The notes beneath the pieces are model-generated. The model searched no databases, was not told where the DNA came from, and worked only from the letters and a program-made list of their open reading frames with translations. From an uncultured Candidatus Saccharibacteria bacterium (GTDB lineage Bacteria > Patescibacteriota > Minisyncoccia > UBA6257 > UBA9933), in NCBI GenBank assembly GCA_964428615.1, contig CAYRXZ010000003.1, positions 1-61,268 on the forward strand: DNA of 61,268 bases, read 5' to 3'. This document shows positions 28,058 through 36,307 of this stretch, in pieces. A program made the position numbers and the translations under genes. Positions within the stretch are counted from its first letter, which is position 1, and every line of letters begins with the position of its first letter.

Positions 28058-28128
28058 AAACTTCGTTAATGTAGAATTTAGAATTAATAATTTTCTTAAT
28101 TTAATTCTTAATTCTGCGTTCTTAATTC

Positions 28129-28362
28129 TTAATTAATTTTTGATAAAATTTTCCATCTTTTATCTTTTGACATCGGCTTTGTCTCTTCAATTACAACTTT
28201 ATCGCCAGTCTTATACTCGTTTTTCTCATCGTGGGCTTTAAAATTCTTGGTTACTTTATAATACTTAAGGTAGCGCGGATGCTTTTTTAAGCGCGTGATA
28301 GCTACCACTCTTGTTTTTTCCATTTTATCGGAAACTATTGTTCCTTTTAATTTCCTTTTCAT
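28129..28362 (-). CDS. rpsQ: 30S ribosomal protein S17
   Basis: G.VVSDKM.KT.VV......KHP.Y.K......K..AHDE.N....GD.V.I.E..P.SK.K.W. Confidence 0.95.
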   Translation of the reverse strand: MKRKLKGTIVSDKMEKTRVVAITRLKKHPRYLKYYKVTKNFKAHDEKNEYKTGDKVVIEETKPMSKDKRWKILSKIN

Positions 28363-28365
28363 AAT

Positions 28366-28566
28366 TTAATTATTTGTTTGTTCGTTTATTATCGTTAATA
28401 TCCTCGCCACCATTTTTTTAGTCTTTTTTATTTCTTTAATATCTTTCACTTTCCCTTGGCTTAAATCAAACTTAAACTTTCTTAATTTTTCGCGATAATC
28501 AATCAACTCTTTATTAAGAGTTTCAACCGGCTTTGTTTTTAATTGTTGAATTTCTTTGTCTTTCAT
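28366..28566 (-). CDS. rpmC: 50S ribosomal protein L29
   Basis: 66-aa helical protein (EL......L...L..L.F) between rplP and rpsQ. Confidence 0.9.
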   Translation of the reverse strand: MKDKEIQQLKTKPVETLNKELIDYREKLRKFKFDLSQGKVKDIKEIKKTKKMVARILTIINEQTNN

Positions 28567-28979
28567 TGTGATTTTGAAACTATTCTTGTTTTAACTGGTA
28601 GTTTATAGCCCGCTCTTTTTAACGCCTGTTTTGAAGCCTCTTCCGTTAGCCCATCAAGTTCAAAAATCATTCTACCGACTTTTACGGGAAAAACATAATA
28701 TTCAACAGTTCCTTTTCCGCCGCCCATCGTAGTTTCAGGAGGCCTTTTAGTAATCGGCTTATCAGGAAAAATTCTTATCCAAATCTTACCGCCTCTTTTA
28801 GTGAAATTTGTTATTGTTTTTCTCGCCGCTTCTATTTGGCGTGAATTTATCCAACTATTTCCAAGAGACTGAAGGCCAAAAGAACCGTAAGACAATTTTG
28901 TCCCCCTAGTTTCAACCTTTCTCTTCTTTGATCTGCCCTTCTGCCATTTCCTATGTTTTACTTTCTTAGGCATTAACAT
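28563..28979 (-). CDS. rplP: 50S ribosomal protein L16
   Basis: MLMPKKVKHRK...GR; G..G.......WI...QIEAAR......KRGGK.WIRIFPD.P.T..P.E..MG.GKG. Confidence 0.97.
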   Translation of the reverse strand: MLMPKKVKHRKWQKGRSKKRKVETRGTKLSYGSFGLQSLGNSWINSRQIEAARKTITNFTKRGGKIWIRIFPDKPITKRPPETTMGGGKGTVEYYVFPVKVGRMIFELDGLTEEASKQALKRAGYKLPVKTRIVSKSQ

Positions 28980-28982
28980 ATC

Positions 28983-29651
28983 TTATTTATCAAACACATC
29001 ACCTTTATATATCCAGACCTTTATCCCTATTGTTCCGTATGTTGTATGAGCAGTGGCAACACCAAAATCTATATTTGCCCTCAACGTCTGAAGAGGTAGC
29101 TTCCCCTTACCTAAATGTTGTTCTCTGGCGATTTCCGCTCCGTCCAACCTTCCTTTAACCAGTATTTTTGCGCCCTGAACATCTCTATTTTGTATTATTT
29201 GATCAAGATGTTTTTTTATTGTCCGGCGATGAGGAATTCTTTTTTCCAAATCCCAGGCGATATTTTGAGCAGTAACATTCGCCGAAACTTCTTGTCTTTT
29301 TAATTCTTCTATATTCAAACTCAAAAAAATATCTCCTTTTATTTTTCTGGTTTTTCTAAGTTTATTTAATTTATTTTCCAATAATCTAGTTAAATCTTCC
29401 GCTCCCTTACCACCACGACCTATTATTATTCCCGGACGCGAAGCTTTTATTGTTATCCTATAATTGCCCCCCGCTTTTTCTATTAAAATTGAATCTATAC
29501 CGGCGTTGCCAATTTTTTCATTAATTATTTTTCTAATCAAAATGTCTTCTTCAAGCAAGGCGCCGAATTTATTTTTTTTGGGGAACCAGTTTGCCAACCA
29601 TCCCATAACAATACCCGTCCTTAATGAATTTGGTCTAATTTTTTGTCCCAT
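28983..29651 (-). CDS. rpsC: 30S ribosomal protein S3
   Basis: MGQKIRPNSLR.G; KH domain GIIIGRGG; C-terminal LNGAEIAR-type segment. Confidence 0.97.
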   Translation of the reverse strand: MGQKIRPNSLRTGIVMGWLANWFPKKNKFGALLEEDILIRKIINEKIGNAGIDSILIEKAGGNYRITIKASRPGIIIGRGGKGAEDLTRLLENKLNKLRKTRKIKGDIFLSLNIEELKRQEVSANVTAQNIAWDLEKRIPHRRTIKKHLDQIIQNRDVQGAKILVKGRLDGAEIAREQHLGKGKLPLQTLRANIDFGVATAHTTYGTIGIKVWIYKGDVFDK

Positions 29652-29656
29652 AATTT

Positions 29657-30187
29657 TTAAATAGATTTTCTTCTAAAGAATTTTTTCGCAAAGCCAGGCT
29701 TTTTATCAACCTGTTTTTGCGCTTCCGCTCCTTTTGATTTCTCATGATCCTTTTCTTCTTTTTCCTTTTTGTTCTGTTTTGTCATTTCCTCTTTTACTCT
29801 CTTAGAAATTTTTTCAGGTTTGGCTATTTTAAAACGCGCTGTTTTTGATTTTTCTAATTCGCCTAAAACCAAAATTATATGGCTGCTTTTCTTTTGAATA
29901 CTACTCGCTCTGCCCATCGCCCTTGGCATAAATCTTTTCAATGTCGGTCCTTGGTCAACTCTTATTTCCTTAACAAAAAGATTTTCCACATTTAATTTTT
30001 GATTATTTTTCGCGTTAGCAACCGCTGAACGAAGTAATTTTAAAACCACCCCGCTGGGTCTTTTGGGGTTAACTAATAATTGGGCTTCGGCTTCATTTAC
30101 AGAAAGCCCTTTTATCATTTGCGCAACTAATCTTGTTTTTCTGGGCGCTATTCTTAAATAATTTAATTTTGCGATTTGAGTTTTCAT
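29657..30187 (-). CDS. rplV: 50S ribosomal protein L22 with a ~60-aa K/E-rich C-terminal extension
   Basis: YLRI.PRK.RLVA..I.G..V.EA...L; the core ends near residue 115, followed by a low-complexity basic/acidic tail. Confidence 0.93.
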   Translation of the reverse strand: MKTQIAKLNYLRIAPRKTRLVAQMIKGLSVNEAEAQLLVNPKRPSGVVLKLLRSAVANAKNNQKLNVENLFVKEIRVDQGPTLKRFMPRAMGRASSIQKKSSHIILVLGELEKSKTARFKIAKPEKISKRVKEEMTKQNKKEKEEKDHEKSKGAEAQKQVDKKPGFAKKFFRRKSI

Positions 30188-30194
30188 AAATTAA

Positions 30195-30497
30195 TTACTT
30201 TTTCTGCGACTCTTCAGTTTTCTTTTCTAATTCTTTTTGTATTTTTCCTCCGTGCCTTACAAATTTTCTTGTTGGAGAAAATTCTCCAAGGCGATGGCCT
30301 ATCATTTCTTCATTGATTTTAACCGTTATAAAATCTTTACCGTTATGAACGCCGAAAGAAAACCCAACCATTTCCGGAGAAATTTCAGAATCGCGAGACC
30401 ATGTTTTAATCGCTCCGCCATCAGCCGGCTTCAAGCTAGCTATTTTTTTTAACAGCTTTTTATCAATATATGGACCTTTTTTTGATGATCTTGACAT
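30195..30497 (-). CDS. rpsS: 30S ribosomal protein S19
   Basis: [14 protein letters not shown]; HNGK.F..V.I...M.GH.LGEF.PTR.F..H. Confidence 0.96.
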   Translation of the reverse strand: MSRSSKKGPYIDKKLLKKIASLKPADGGAIKTWSRDSEISPEMVGFSFGVHNGKDFITVKINEEMIGHRLGEFSPTRKFVRHGGKIQKELEKKTEESQKK

Positions 30498-30506
30498 TTT
30501 TATTTT

Positions 30507-31334
30507 TTATTTTTTACCTCTACGTTTAATTATCATTTTATTTGACCACTTCTTTTTCTTTCTTGTTTTTCTTCCTCCTGTGATCTTACCCCACAATGTC
30601 TTAGGCCGTTTTGTCCCTCTCACACTTCTTCCCTCACCTCCTCCATACGGATGATCAACAGGATTCATAGCTGAACCACGGACCGTCGGTCTGATACCCA
30701 TTCTCCTTGAGCGTCCGGCTTTCCCTATAACCACTAAATTATGGTCTGTATTTGAAGTCTGACCCAAAGAACCAAAACTTTCCCATGAAACTTTTTTTAT
30801 TTCTCCAGAAGACAATTTTAAATTAGTATAACCGTTTTCCTGAGCTAAAATTTCGGCATAAGAACCGGCAGATCTTGCAATTTGCCCTCCTTTTCCTTTT
30901 ACGATTTCAATATTAAAAACAAAATATCCAACAGGAATATTTTTTAATTTCAGTCTATTGCCTTCTTTCAATGGAGCGTTTTCTGCCACTAATAATCCAT
31001 CGCCCGCTTTCATATTTTTTGAAGCTAAAATATATCCTCTTTCGCCGTCTCTATAAACAATACGAGCAATAAAAGCTGTTCTGTTTGGATCATATTCCAA
31101 TCCTTCTATTCTAGCTGGAACATTCAGTTTATTTTGCTTTAAATCTATCATTCTGTAAAGCTTTTTTACTCCTCCGCCTTGATGACGCACAGTAATTCTG
31201 CCTTGATTATTTCTGCCGGAATTACTTTTTAATTTCTTTAATAATTTTTTAATCGGTTTTGCTCCGCTTAAAACGCTGTAATCAACAGTTGTCATAGCTC
31301 TTCTTGATGGAGTTGTAGGTTTGTATTTTTTCAT
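30507..31334 (-). CDS. rplB: 50S ribosomal protein L2
   Basis: KPTTPSRR; GRNN.GRITVRH.GGG.K..YR.IDF; MNPVDHPYGGGEG. Confidence 0.98.
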   Translation of the reverse strand: MKKYKPTTPSRRAMTTVDYSVLSGAKPIKKLLKKLKSNSGRNNQGRITVRHQGGGVKKLYRMIDLKQNKLNVPARIEGLEYDPNRTAFIARIVYRDGERGYILASKNMKAGDGLLVAENAPLKEGNRLKLKNIPVGYFVFNIEIVKGKGGQIARSAGSYAEILAQENGYTNLKLSSGEIKKVSWESFGSLGQTSNTDHNLVVIGKAGRSRRMGIRPTVRGSAMNPVDHPYGGGEGRSVRGTKRPKTLWGKITGGRKTRKKKKWSNKMIIKRRGKK

Positions 31335-31341
31335 TTCTTTA

Positions 31342-31653
31342 TTATTGTTTCGGCATTATGTCTATACTATTTCCTTCTTTTAGCGTGATTACCGCTTTTT
31401 TAAAGCCGGAAGTCCTACCTACGCTTCTTCCTAATCTTTTACTCTTTCCGCCAATATTAGTTATATTCACATCGGCAACTTTAATGGAATAAATTTTTTC
31501 TATTATTTTTTTTACTTCCGGTTTATTAGCGCTTTTATCAACAATAAAAACATATTTCCTTAAAGAACCCGCGCTCACGGCCTTTTCTGTAACCCATGGC
31601 TGCTTAATCAACAAAACTGAACCTTTTTTATTTTTAATAACTGATTTTGCCAT
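31342..31653 (-). CDS. rplW: 50S ribosomal protein L23
   Basis: P..TEKA........Y.F.VD..A.K.E.K..IE..Y.VKV..VN; operon position. Confidence 0.94.
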   Translation of the reverse strand: MAKSVIKNKKGSVLLIKQPWVTEKAVSAGSLRKYVFIVDKSANKPEVKKIIEKIYSIKVADVNITNIGGKSKRLGRSVGRTSGFKKAVITLKEGNSIDIMPKQ

Positions 31654-31655
31654 TT

Positions 31656-32279
31656 TTATTTATAATGATTTTCTATTTCTTTTACTGTTTCTTTTTCCAA
31701 AATTATATTTTTCGCTTTTAATAAATCATGAACATTTAAAGATTTAGAACTGATAGCGCTGACATTTTTCATGTTGGCGATTAATTTTTTTATATTGTTT
31801 CCCGAGGTGGGTATAATAAGAGTTTTGAATCTTAAATCGGTTATATTTTTTAAAAAAATATTCCAGTCTTTAGTCTTGTTAACAGTTAAATTAAAACCAT
31901 CAACAACTTTTAATTCACTATCTACCGCTTTTTTTGATAACACTGAAAAAATTGCCAAACGGTTCATTTTGGAATTTATTTTTTTACTGAAATTCTTTTC
32001 TTTGTTTGGGCCGAATGTAACACCTCCGCCTTTCCAAATCGGCGAACGAATTGATCCGTGCCTTGCTTTACCCGTACCTTTCTGTTTCCACGGTTTTTTC
32101 CCTCCGCCTCTCACTTCTCCCCTTCCTTTAGTATGCGCTAACGGCTCGCGTCTGTTTGCTAACTGCGTAACTAAAGCCTGATGAACCAAATCGGCATTCC
32201 ATTTAACGCCAAAAATCCTCTCCGGTAAATCAACCGCGTCAACTTTATTATTTTGTTTATCAAAAACCTCTATATTCAT
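31656..32279 (-). CDS. rplD: 50S ribosomal protein L4
   Basis: H.A...QLAN.R...A.TK.R.EV.GGGKKPW.QKGTG.AR.GS.RSP.W.GGGV.FGP. Confidence 0.97.
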   Translation of the reverse strand: MNIEVFDKQNNKVDAVDLPERIFGVKWNADLVHQALVTQLANRREPLAHTKGRGEVRGGGKKPWKQKGTGKARHGSIRSPIWKGGGVTFGPNKEKNFSKKINSKMNRLAIFSVLSKKAVDSELKVVDGFNLTVNKTKDWNIFLKNITDLRFKTLIIPTSGNNIKKLIANMKNVSAISSKSLNVHDLLKAKNIILEKETVKEIENHYK

Positions 32280-32288
32280 AAATTCAAT

Positions 32289-32888
32289 TTAATTTTGAAT
32301 TTCAAGTAGCGTTCCCTTCATTCCCGGCACCGCGCCTTTCACCATTAAAATATTTTTATCCGCTTCTATAGCGGCGATTTTCAAGTTTTTGACTGTTATT
32401 CTTTCTTGTCCCATTCTGCCTGCCATTTTTTTATTAGGCATAACTCTTTGTGGAGCAGTTGAGCCAATAGAACCTGGCGCGCGCAAACGATTTTTCTGAC
32501 CATGAGTTTTTGGACCGCCGTGAAAACCATGTCTTTTGACAACGCCCTGAAATCCTCTGCCCTTATTTAATCCGCTGACTTTTATCTTTTCGCCTTCTTT
32601 GAATTGTTCGACATTTAAAACATCACCCACATTAAAATCATCACTTGTTTTAAACTCTTTAATGTTACGAAAATTGCCCAATTTCCCGAACTGACCCCTT
32701 TGGGGTTTTTTAATATTCTTTTCCTTCTTTGTCCCAAAACCAACCTGAACGGCCTGGTAACCATCTTTTTCTTTTGTCCTAATTTGGGTAATCGTAACCG
32801 GACCGGCTTCAATAACAGTTACCGGAATAATTTTTTCATCTTTCCAAATCTGGGACATTTTCAATTTTTTTCCTAAAATGAATGCCAT
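32289..32888 (-). CDS. rplC: 50S ribosomal protein L3
   Basis: LGKK..M.Q.W.......PVTVIEAGP; KG.GFQG..KRHGF.GGP..HG.....R.PGSIG....P.RV..G..MAG.MG. Confidence 0.97.
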   Translation of the reverse strand: MAFILGKKLKMSQIWKDEKIIPVTVIEAGPVTITQIRTKEKDGYQAVQVGFGTKKEKNIKKPQRGQFGKLGNFRNIKEFKTSDDFNVGDVLNVEQFKEGEKIKVSGLNKGRGFQGVVKRHGFHGGPKTHGQKNRLRAPGSIGSTAPQRVMPNKKMAGRMGQERITVKNLKIAAIEADKNILMVKGAVPGMKGTLLEIQN

Positions 32889-32900
32889 ACGCTTCGCTTA

Positions 32901-32955
32901 ATCACCGAATTACGAATCCGTTACGAATTTAGGAATCGTTTTCGTTGTCGGTGAT
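32901..32955 (-). promoter_or_regulatory. Imperfect hairpin in the rplC leader
   Basis: ATCACCGA (32901-32908) pairs with TCGGTGAT (32948-32955), with further partial pairing of ATTACGAA/TTCGTTGT. Ends 13 nt upstream of the rplC ATG. Confidence 0.45.
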
Positions 32956-32960
32956 ATATT

Positions 32961-33003
32961 TGTTATATTAGTATATTCGTATAAATTGATTATTCGTTGA
33001 TTT
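32961..33003 (-). repeat. Spacer element family 1, copy 3
   Basis: Minus strand AAATCAACGAATAATCAATTTATACGAATATACTAATATAACA, immediately after the 33003-33030 terminator. Confidence 0.75.
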
Positions 33004-33030
33004 AAAAAACAGCCAGGTTTAGCCGGCTGT
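33003..33030 (-). terminator. Rho-independent terminator / attenuator upstream of rplC
   Basis: Minus strand ACAGCCGG-CUAAAC-CUGGCUGU (8 bp including one G-U), followed by UUUUUUAAAU. Confidence 0.6.
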
Positions 33031-33072
33031 TTCAAATAATTTAAATTATTTTGGGCTAAATCCTAAAAGCTG

Positions 33073-33100
33073 ATTATAAACTTTTTACTGAAAAAATCAA
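33073..33100 (-). promoter_or_regulatory. Near-consensus sigma70 promoter inside the rpsJ-rplC insert
   Basis: Minus strand TTGATT-N16-TATAAT. Would start transcription near 33066, about 35 nt before the attenuator hairpin. Confidence 0.5.
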
Positions 33101-33116
33101 CATTATATTTAGATTA

Positions 33117-33144
33117 AATATAGCAAACCGTAAAAATAAGTCAA
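33117..33144 (-). promoter_or_regulatory. Second candidate sigma70 promoter inside the insert
   Basis: Minus strand TTGACT-N16-TATATT. Confidence 0.4.
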
Positions 33145-33154
33145 CGCCATACTG

Positions 33155-33232
33155 GGCATAATGCGGCTACGATGGTGACCTCCAGTTTTTTACTTAGTGA
33201 GTGCTCGTTCGTAGCCGCAAAATAATTATGCC
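33155..33232 (-). ncRNA. Candidate structured RNA: 17-bp interrupted stem closing a 38-nt loop (strand uncertain)
   Basis: GGCATAAT+GCGGCTACG (33155-33171) pairs perfectly with CGTAGCCGC (33210-33218) and ATTATGCC (33225-33232). The loop shows GGAGG on the minus strand or CCUCC on the plus strand. No ORF. Confidence 0.3.
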
Positions 33233-33301
33233 GTATTTACTAAAATTTACAAGCCATGTGCATGGTTAATTTTATTATAAATACGAGTGTCCCACGCATA
33301 A

Positions 33302-33331
33302 TGAAACAAAACCCCCCGCTTCCGCGGGGGG
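33302..33331 (-). terminator. Rho-independent terminator after rpsJ
   Basis: Minus strand CCCCCCGC-GGAA-GCGGGGGG (8 GC pairs, GNRA loop), followed by UUUUGUUUC. Confidence 0.8.
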
Positions 33332-33346
33332 AACTAGATAAATATT

Positions 33347-33393
33347 CCTTGAATTTTGCCGCCTCCGACGTAACGTCGGAGTTAGCAACAAGG
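33347..33393 (-). other. Extended imperfect hairpin immediately 3' of rpsJ
   Basis: Nested stems CCTTG/CAAGG, TTGC/GCAA and CTCCGAC/GTCGGAG around a GTTAC loop, 26 nt after the rpsJ stop. Confidence 0.5.
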
Positions 33394-33418
33394 AAAATTC
33401 ACACTCACTAGTTATAAT

Positions 33419-33751
33419 TTAAGCCATTTTAATCTCGATGTCAACTCCTGCCGGCAAATTTAAAGATGACAAAGATTCAATAATTTTTGGATTCGGCGCC
33501 AATATATCTATCAATCTTTTATGAACTCTAAGTTCAAATTGCTCGCGGGAGTTTTTGTGTACAAAAGTAGAACGATTTACCGTATATTTTCTGAATTCTG
33601 TCGGTAAAGGAATCGGTCCGATCACTTCAGCTCCATTTCTTAAAGCAATATCAATAATCTGCTTTAAGGAATTATCTATCAATTTGTGATCGTACGATTT
33701 TACCCTCAACCTAATTTTGGCCTGTTCTAATTCTTCCCTTTTTTTAGCCAT
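33419..33751 (-). CDS. rpsJ: 30S ribosomal protein S10
   Basis: KIR.R.K.YDH..ID.S...I.......GA...GPIPLPT......TV.RS..V.K.SREQFE.R.HKRLIDI. Confidence 0.97.
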   Translation of the reverse strand: MAKKREELEQAKIRLRVKSYDHKLIDNSLKQIIDIALRNGAEVIGPIPLPTEFRKYTVNRSTFVHKNSREQFELRVHKRLIDILAPNPKIIESLSSLNLPAGVDIEIKMA

Positions 33752-33789
33752 ATCTAAATGTTTCTTTCGGGTATTTTGTTAATTAACTA

Positions 33790-34989
33790 TTATTTCAATA
33801 TTTTTGTAACTGATCCAGCGCCAACTGTTTTTCCTCCTTCACGGATAGCAAATCTTTGTTTTTCTTCTAAAGCAACCGGAGCTATAAGTTTAACTGTCAA
33901 ATTTATTGTATCTCCCGGCATAACCATTTCAACTCCTTCCGGCAAAATGGCTTCTCCCGTAACATCGGTTGTTCTAATATAGAATTGCGGTTTATAACCC
34001 TTAAAGAACGGCGTGTGTCGGCCCCCCTCCTCTTTACTCAAAACATAAACTTCTGCCGTGAACTCATAATGCGGAGTAACACTTCCCGGTTTGGCAATAA
34101 CTTGTCCGCGTTCAACATCTTCTTTTTTAAGCCCACGAAGTAAAATCCCAACATTATCTCCCGCTTTTCCTTCGTCAAGAAGCTTATTAAACATCTCAAC
34201 TCCCGTGACAATTGTTTTCTGCGTTGGTTTAATACCGACAATTTCAATTTCTTCGTTTACATTAATTACTCCCCTTTCAACTTTTCCGGTAACAACAGTT
34301 CCTCTTCCTTCAATTGAGAAAATATCTTCTATCGGCATTAAAAAAGGTTTATCCATATCTCTAACCGGCTCGGGGATATACTCATCAAGAGCTTGTATAA
34401 GATCCAGGATTGGTTTTGCATCTGCATCATCGGCAGATTTTGTATCAAGAGCTTTAAGAGCTGAACCTCTAATTATCGGAGTCTCATCTCCAGGGAAATT
34501 ATATTTCTTCAAAAGTTCGCGGATTTCGCTTTCAACCAAGTCGATAAGTTCTGGATCGTTAACTTGATCACATTTGTTCAAAAAAACGACTATCTTTGGC
34601 ACGCCAACATTATAGGCCAAAAGAATATGTTCTCTTGTTTGGGGCATTGGGCCATCAGTGGCGGCAACAACCAAAACCGCGCCGTCCATCTGCGCCGCAC
34701 CGGTTATCATATTTTTAATGTAATCGGCGTGACCTGGAGCATCAATGTGGGCATAATGCCTTTTTTCAGACTGATATTCTGAATGATGTAAGGCAATCGT
34801 AATCCCACGCGCTTTTTCTTCAGGCGCATTATCAATTTGATCAACTGTTTCTTTTTTTTCAATAAGACCTTTTAATTTAAGGACATGCATAATCGCCGCG
34901 GTCAAAGTTGTTTTACCGTGGTCGACGTGTCCTATTGTGCCGACGTTTATGTGCGGCTTGCTCCTATCAAATTTTTCTTTCTCAGCCAT
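33790..34989 (-). CDS. tuf: Elongation factor Tu
   Basis: [34 protein letters not shown], full three-domain length (399 aa). Confidence 0.99.
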   Translation of the reverse strand: MAEKEKFDRSKPHINVGTIGHVDHGKTTLTAAIMHVLKLKGLIEKKETVDQIDNAPEEKARGITIALHHSEYQSEKRHYAHIDAPGHADYIKNMITGAAQMDGAVLVVAATDGPMPQTREHILLAYNVGVPKIVVFLNKCDQVNDPELIDLVESEIRELLKKYNFPGDETPIIRGSALKALDTKSADDADAKPILDLIQALDEYIPEPVRDMDKPFLMPIEDIFSIEGRGTVVTGKVERGVINVNEEIEIVGIKPTQKTIVTGVEMFNKLLDEGKAGDNVGILLRGLKKEDVERGQVIAKPGSVTPHYEFTAEVYVLSKEEGGRHTPFFKGYKPQFYIRTTDVTGEAILPEGVEMVMPGDTINLTVKLIAPVALEEKQRFAIREGGKTVGAGSVTKILK

Positions 34990-35012
34990 TGTTTTTTTGA
35001 AACTTAAAACTT

Positions 35013-35053
35013 GAAATTTGAAACATTGTTAAAGCCAGTTTGTTTCATATTTC
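35013..35053 (-). other. Hairpin in the tuf 5' leader built from heptamer words
   Basis: GAAATTTGAAACA (35013-35025) pairs with TGTTTCATATTTC (35041-35053): 12/13 complementary, 15-nt loop. Confidence 0.45.
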
Positions 35054-35102
35054 AGGATTCACGTTTCACTATTTATTTTTATATTTTTACGCGACGCTTT
35101 TA

Positions 35103-35130
35103 ATTATATTATTTATTTAATTATTGTCAA
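35103..35130 (-). promoter_or_regulatory. Consensus sigma70 promoter for tuf-rpsJ
   Basis: Minus strand TTGACA-N16-TATAAT, directly abutting the palindromic element at 35131-35164, about 107 nt upstream of the tuf ATG. Confidence 0.65.
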
Positions 35131-35164
35131 TCCCACACATACACATAATAAATTATGTGTGGGG
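35131..35164. repeat. Short copy C of the TCCCACACATA palindromic element
   Basis: CCCACACATA (35132-35141) / TATGTGTGGG (35154-35163), 12-nt loop. Sits between the rplQ stop and the tuf -35 box. Confidence 0.8.
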
Positions 35165-35171
35165 TCAATGT

Positions 35172-35522
35172 TTAGACTAACTCCAGTATTGCCATTTTCG
35201 CCCCATCTTTTTTTCTTTGAACGGCACTTTTTGTTACTCTGGTAAATCCCCCTTTTCTGTCTTTATAGCGCGGGGCCAACTCAAAATAAACTTTTTCAGC
35301 TACTTTTTTGTTTAATTTAGACATTAAAATTCTGAAGCTTGCCAAATTTTGTTTTTTCCCAAGAGTAATCAATTTTTCAACTTTAGAACGGGTTTCTTTA
35401 GCCTTAGCCTCTGTAGTCTCTATCTTTTCTTTTAAAATAAAATTGTCAGCTAAACCCTTAAAAAGGGCTTTTCGCTGCCCTTTTTTGCGATGAAATTTTT
35501 TATTGGATTTTAGGTGTCTCAT
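35172..35522 (-). CDS. rplQ: 50S ribosomal protein L17
   Basis: MRH......L.R....R.AL...L...........I.TT..KAKE.R..VEKLIT..K; follows rpoA. Confidence 0.95.
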   Translation of the reverse strand: MRHLKSNKKFHRKKGQRKALFKGLADNFILKEKIETTEAKAKETRSKVEKLITLGKKQNLASFRILMSKLNKKVAEKVYFELAPRYKDRKGGFTRVTKSAVQRKKDGAKMAILELV

Positions 35523-35525
35523 TGA

Positions 35526-36296
35526 TTATTTCTTCTTTTGCACCTTCTTTTCTTTTTTCTCTTTTTTGTCTTTAACTTCAATAAATTCTTTTTCTTCTTC
35601 TATAACTTCAATTTCCGCCATTTTCTCAAAATGATCTTTTAAAATATTCGAAGCTTTACGCAAAGCGCTTGAAGGATAAATACTGCCGTCAGTTTCAATT
35701 TCCAGCTTTAATCTATTGAAATCAGTTCTATCTCCGACACGCATATTTTCAACGGAAAAATTAACTTTCACCACGGGCGAAAAAATTGTGTCTATGGCAA
35801 TTGTCTTTATTGGAAGCTTTTCTGTTTTTCTCGCTTCGGCTGGAATATACCCCGCTCCTTTATCAACAGTAATTTCCATTTCCAGTTCCGCATTTTTATT
35901 AGTCAAAGTCGCAATGAGAGCTTCAGGATTAACAATTTCAACCTGGGCATTCCCTTTTATATCAGCTGCTGTAACTTCTTTTTCTCCTTTAACCCTCAAC
36001 GTCAAAACTTGAGGCTCAGAAGCGTAAAAATGAAAGCGGACTTTCTTAAGATTTAAGGTTATTTCTACAATATCCTCTAAAACTCCCGAAAGGGTTGAGA
36101 ATTCGTGTTCTGCTCCTTTAATTTTTATTTGAGTGACTGCGGCTCCCGGCAAAGAAGAAAGAAGCGCTCTTCTTAAGGCATTTCCTAAAGTAAGCCCATA
36201 CCCAGTATAAAGCCCTTCAACCTCAAAAACCCCTTCTTTACTAGTTTCAGAAATCTTTTTTATTTTTACCGTATCACTTAAACGTGCGTATTCCAT
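35526..36296 (-). CDS. rpoA: DNA-directed RNA polymerase alpha subunit, N-terminal domain only
   Basis: GYG.TLGNALRR.LLSS.PG.AVT.I.I.G..HEF and the dimerisation/beta-contact NTD are present. The protein ends after a ~25-aa E/K-rich tail at residue 256 (typical alpha is about 315-330 aa). Confidence 0.9.
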   Translation of the reverse strand: MEYARLSDTVKIKKISETSKEGVFEVEGLYTGYGLTLGNALRRALLSSLPGAAVTQIKIKGAEHEFSTLSGVLEDIVEITLNLKKVRFHFYASEPQVLTLRVKGEKEVTAADIKGNAQVEIVNPEALIATLTNKNAELEMEITVDKGAGYIPAEARKTEKLPIKTIAIDTIFSPVVKVNFSVENMRVGDRTDFNRLKLEIETDGSIYPSSALRKASNILKDHFEKMAEIEVIEEEKEFIEVKDKKEKKEKKVQKKK

Positions 36297-36307
36297 AAAT
36301 TCATAAA

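Noticed and set aside
31771-32181. 136-aa plus-strand ORF, plus similar long antisense ORFs at 34091-34567 (158 aa), 44907-45362 (151 aa), 38935-39297 and 35716-36012.
   Set aside because: Each lies entirely antisense to a highly conserved gene (rplD, tuf, murA, proS, rpoA). Their compositions are low-complexity Ser/Phe/Ile-rich, typical of shadow frames.
33302-33331. Considered whether the GGAA-tetraloop hairpin is the domain IV apex of SRP (4.5S) RNA.
   Set aside because: The stem is a perfect 8-bp GC helix without the conserved symmetric and asymmetric internal loops of SRP RNA, and it is followed by a U-run. It behaves as a plain terminator.
32889-33418. Looked for tRNA, tmRNA, RNase P or hammerhead/twister-type ribozyme signatures in this and other large spacers (11240-11380, 14988-15356, 55058-55282).
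   Set aside because: No T-loop (GTTCGAATC-type) or acceptor/CCA context, no RNase P P4 motifs (GAGGAAAGTCC) and no CUGAUGA...GAAA cores were seen by eye. A covariance-model scan is still needed.
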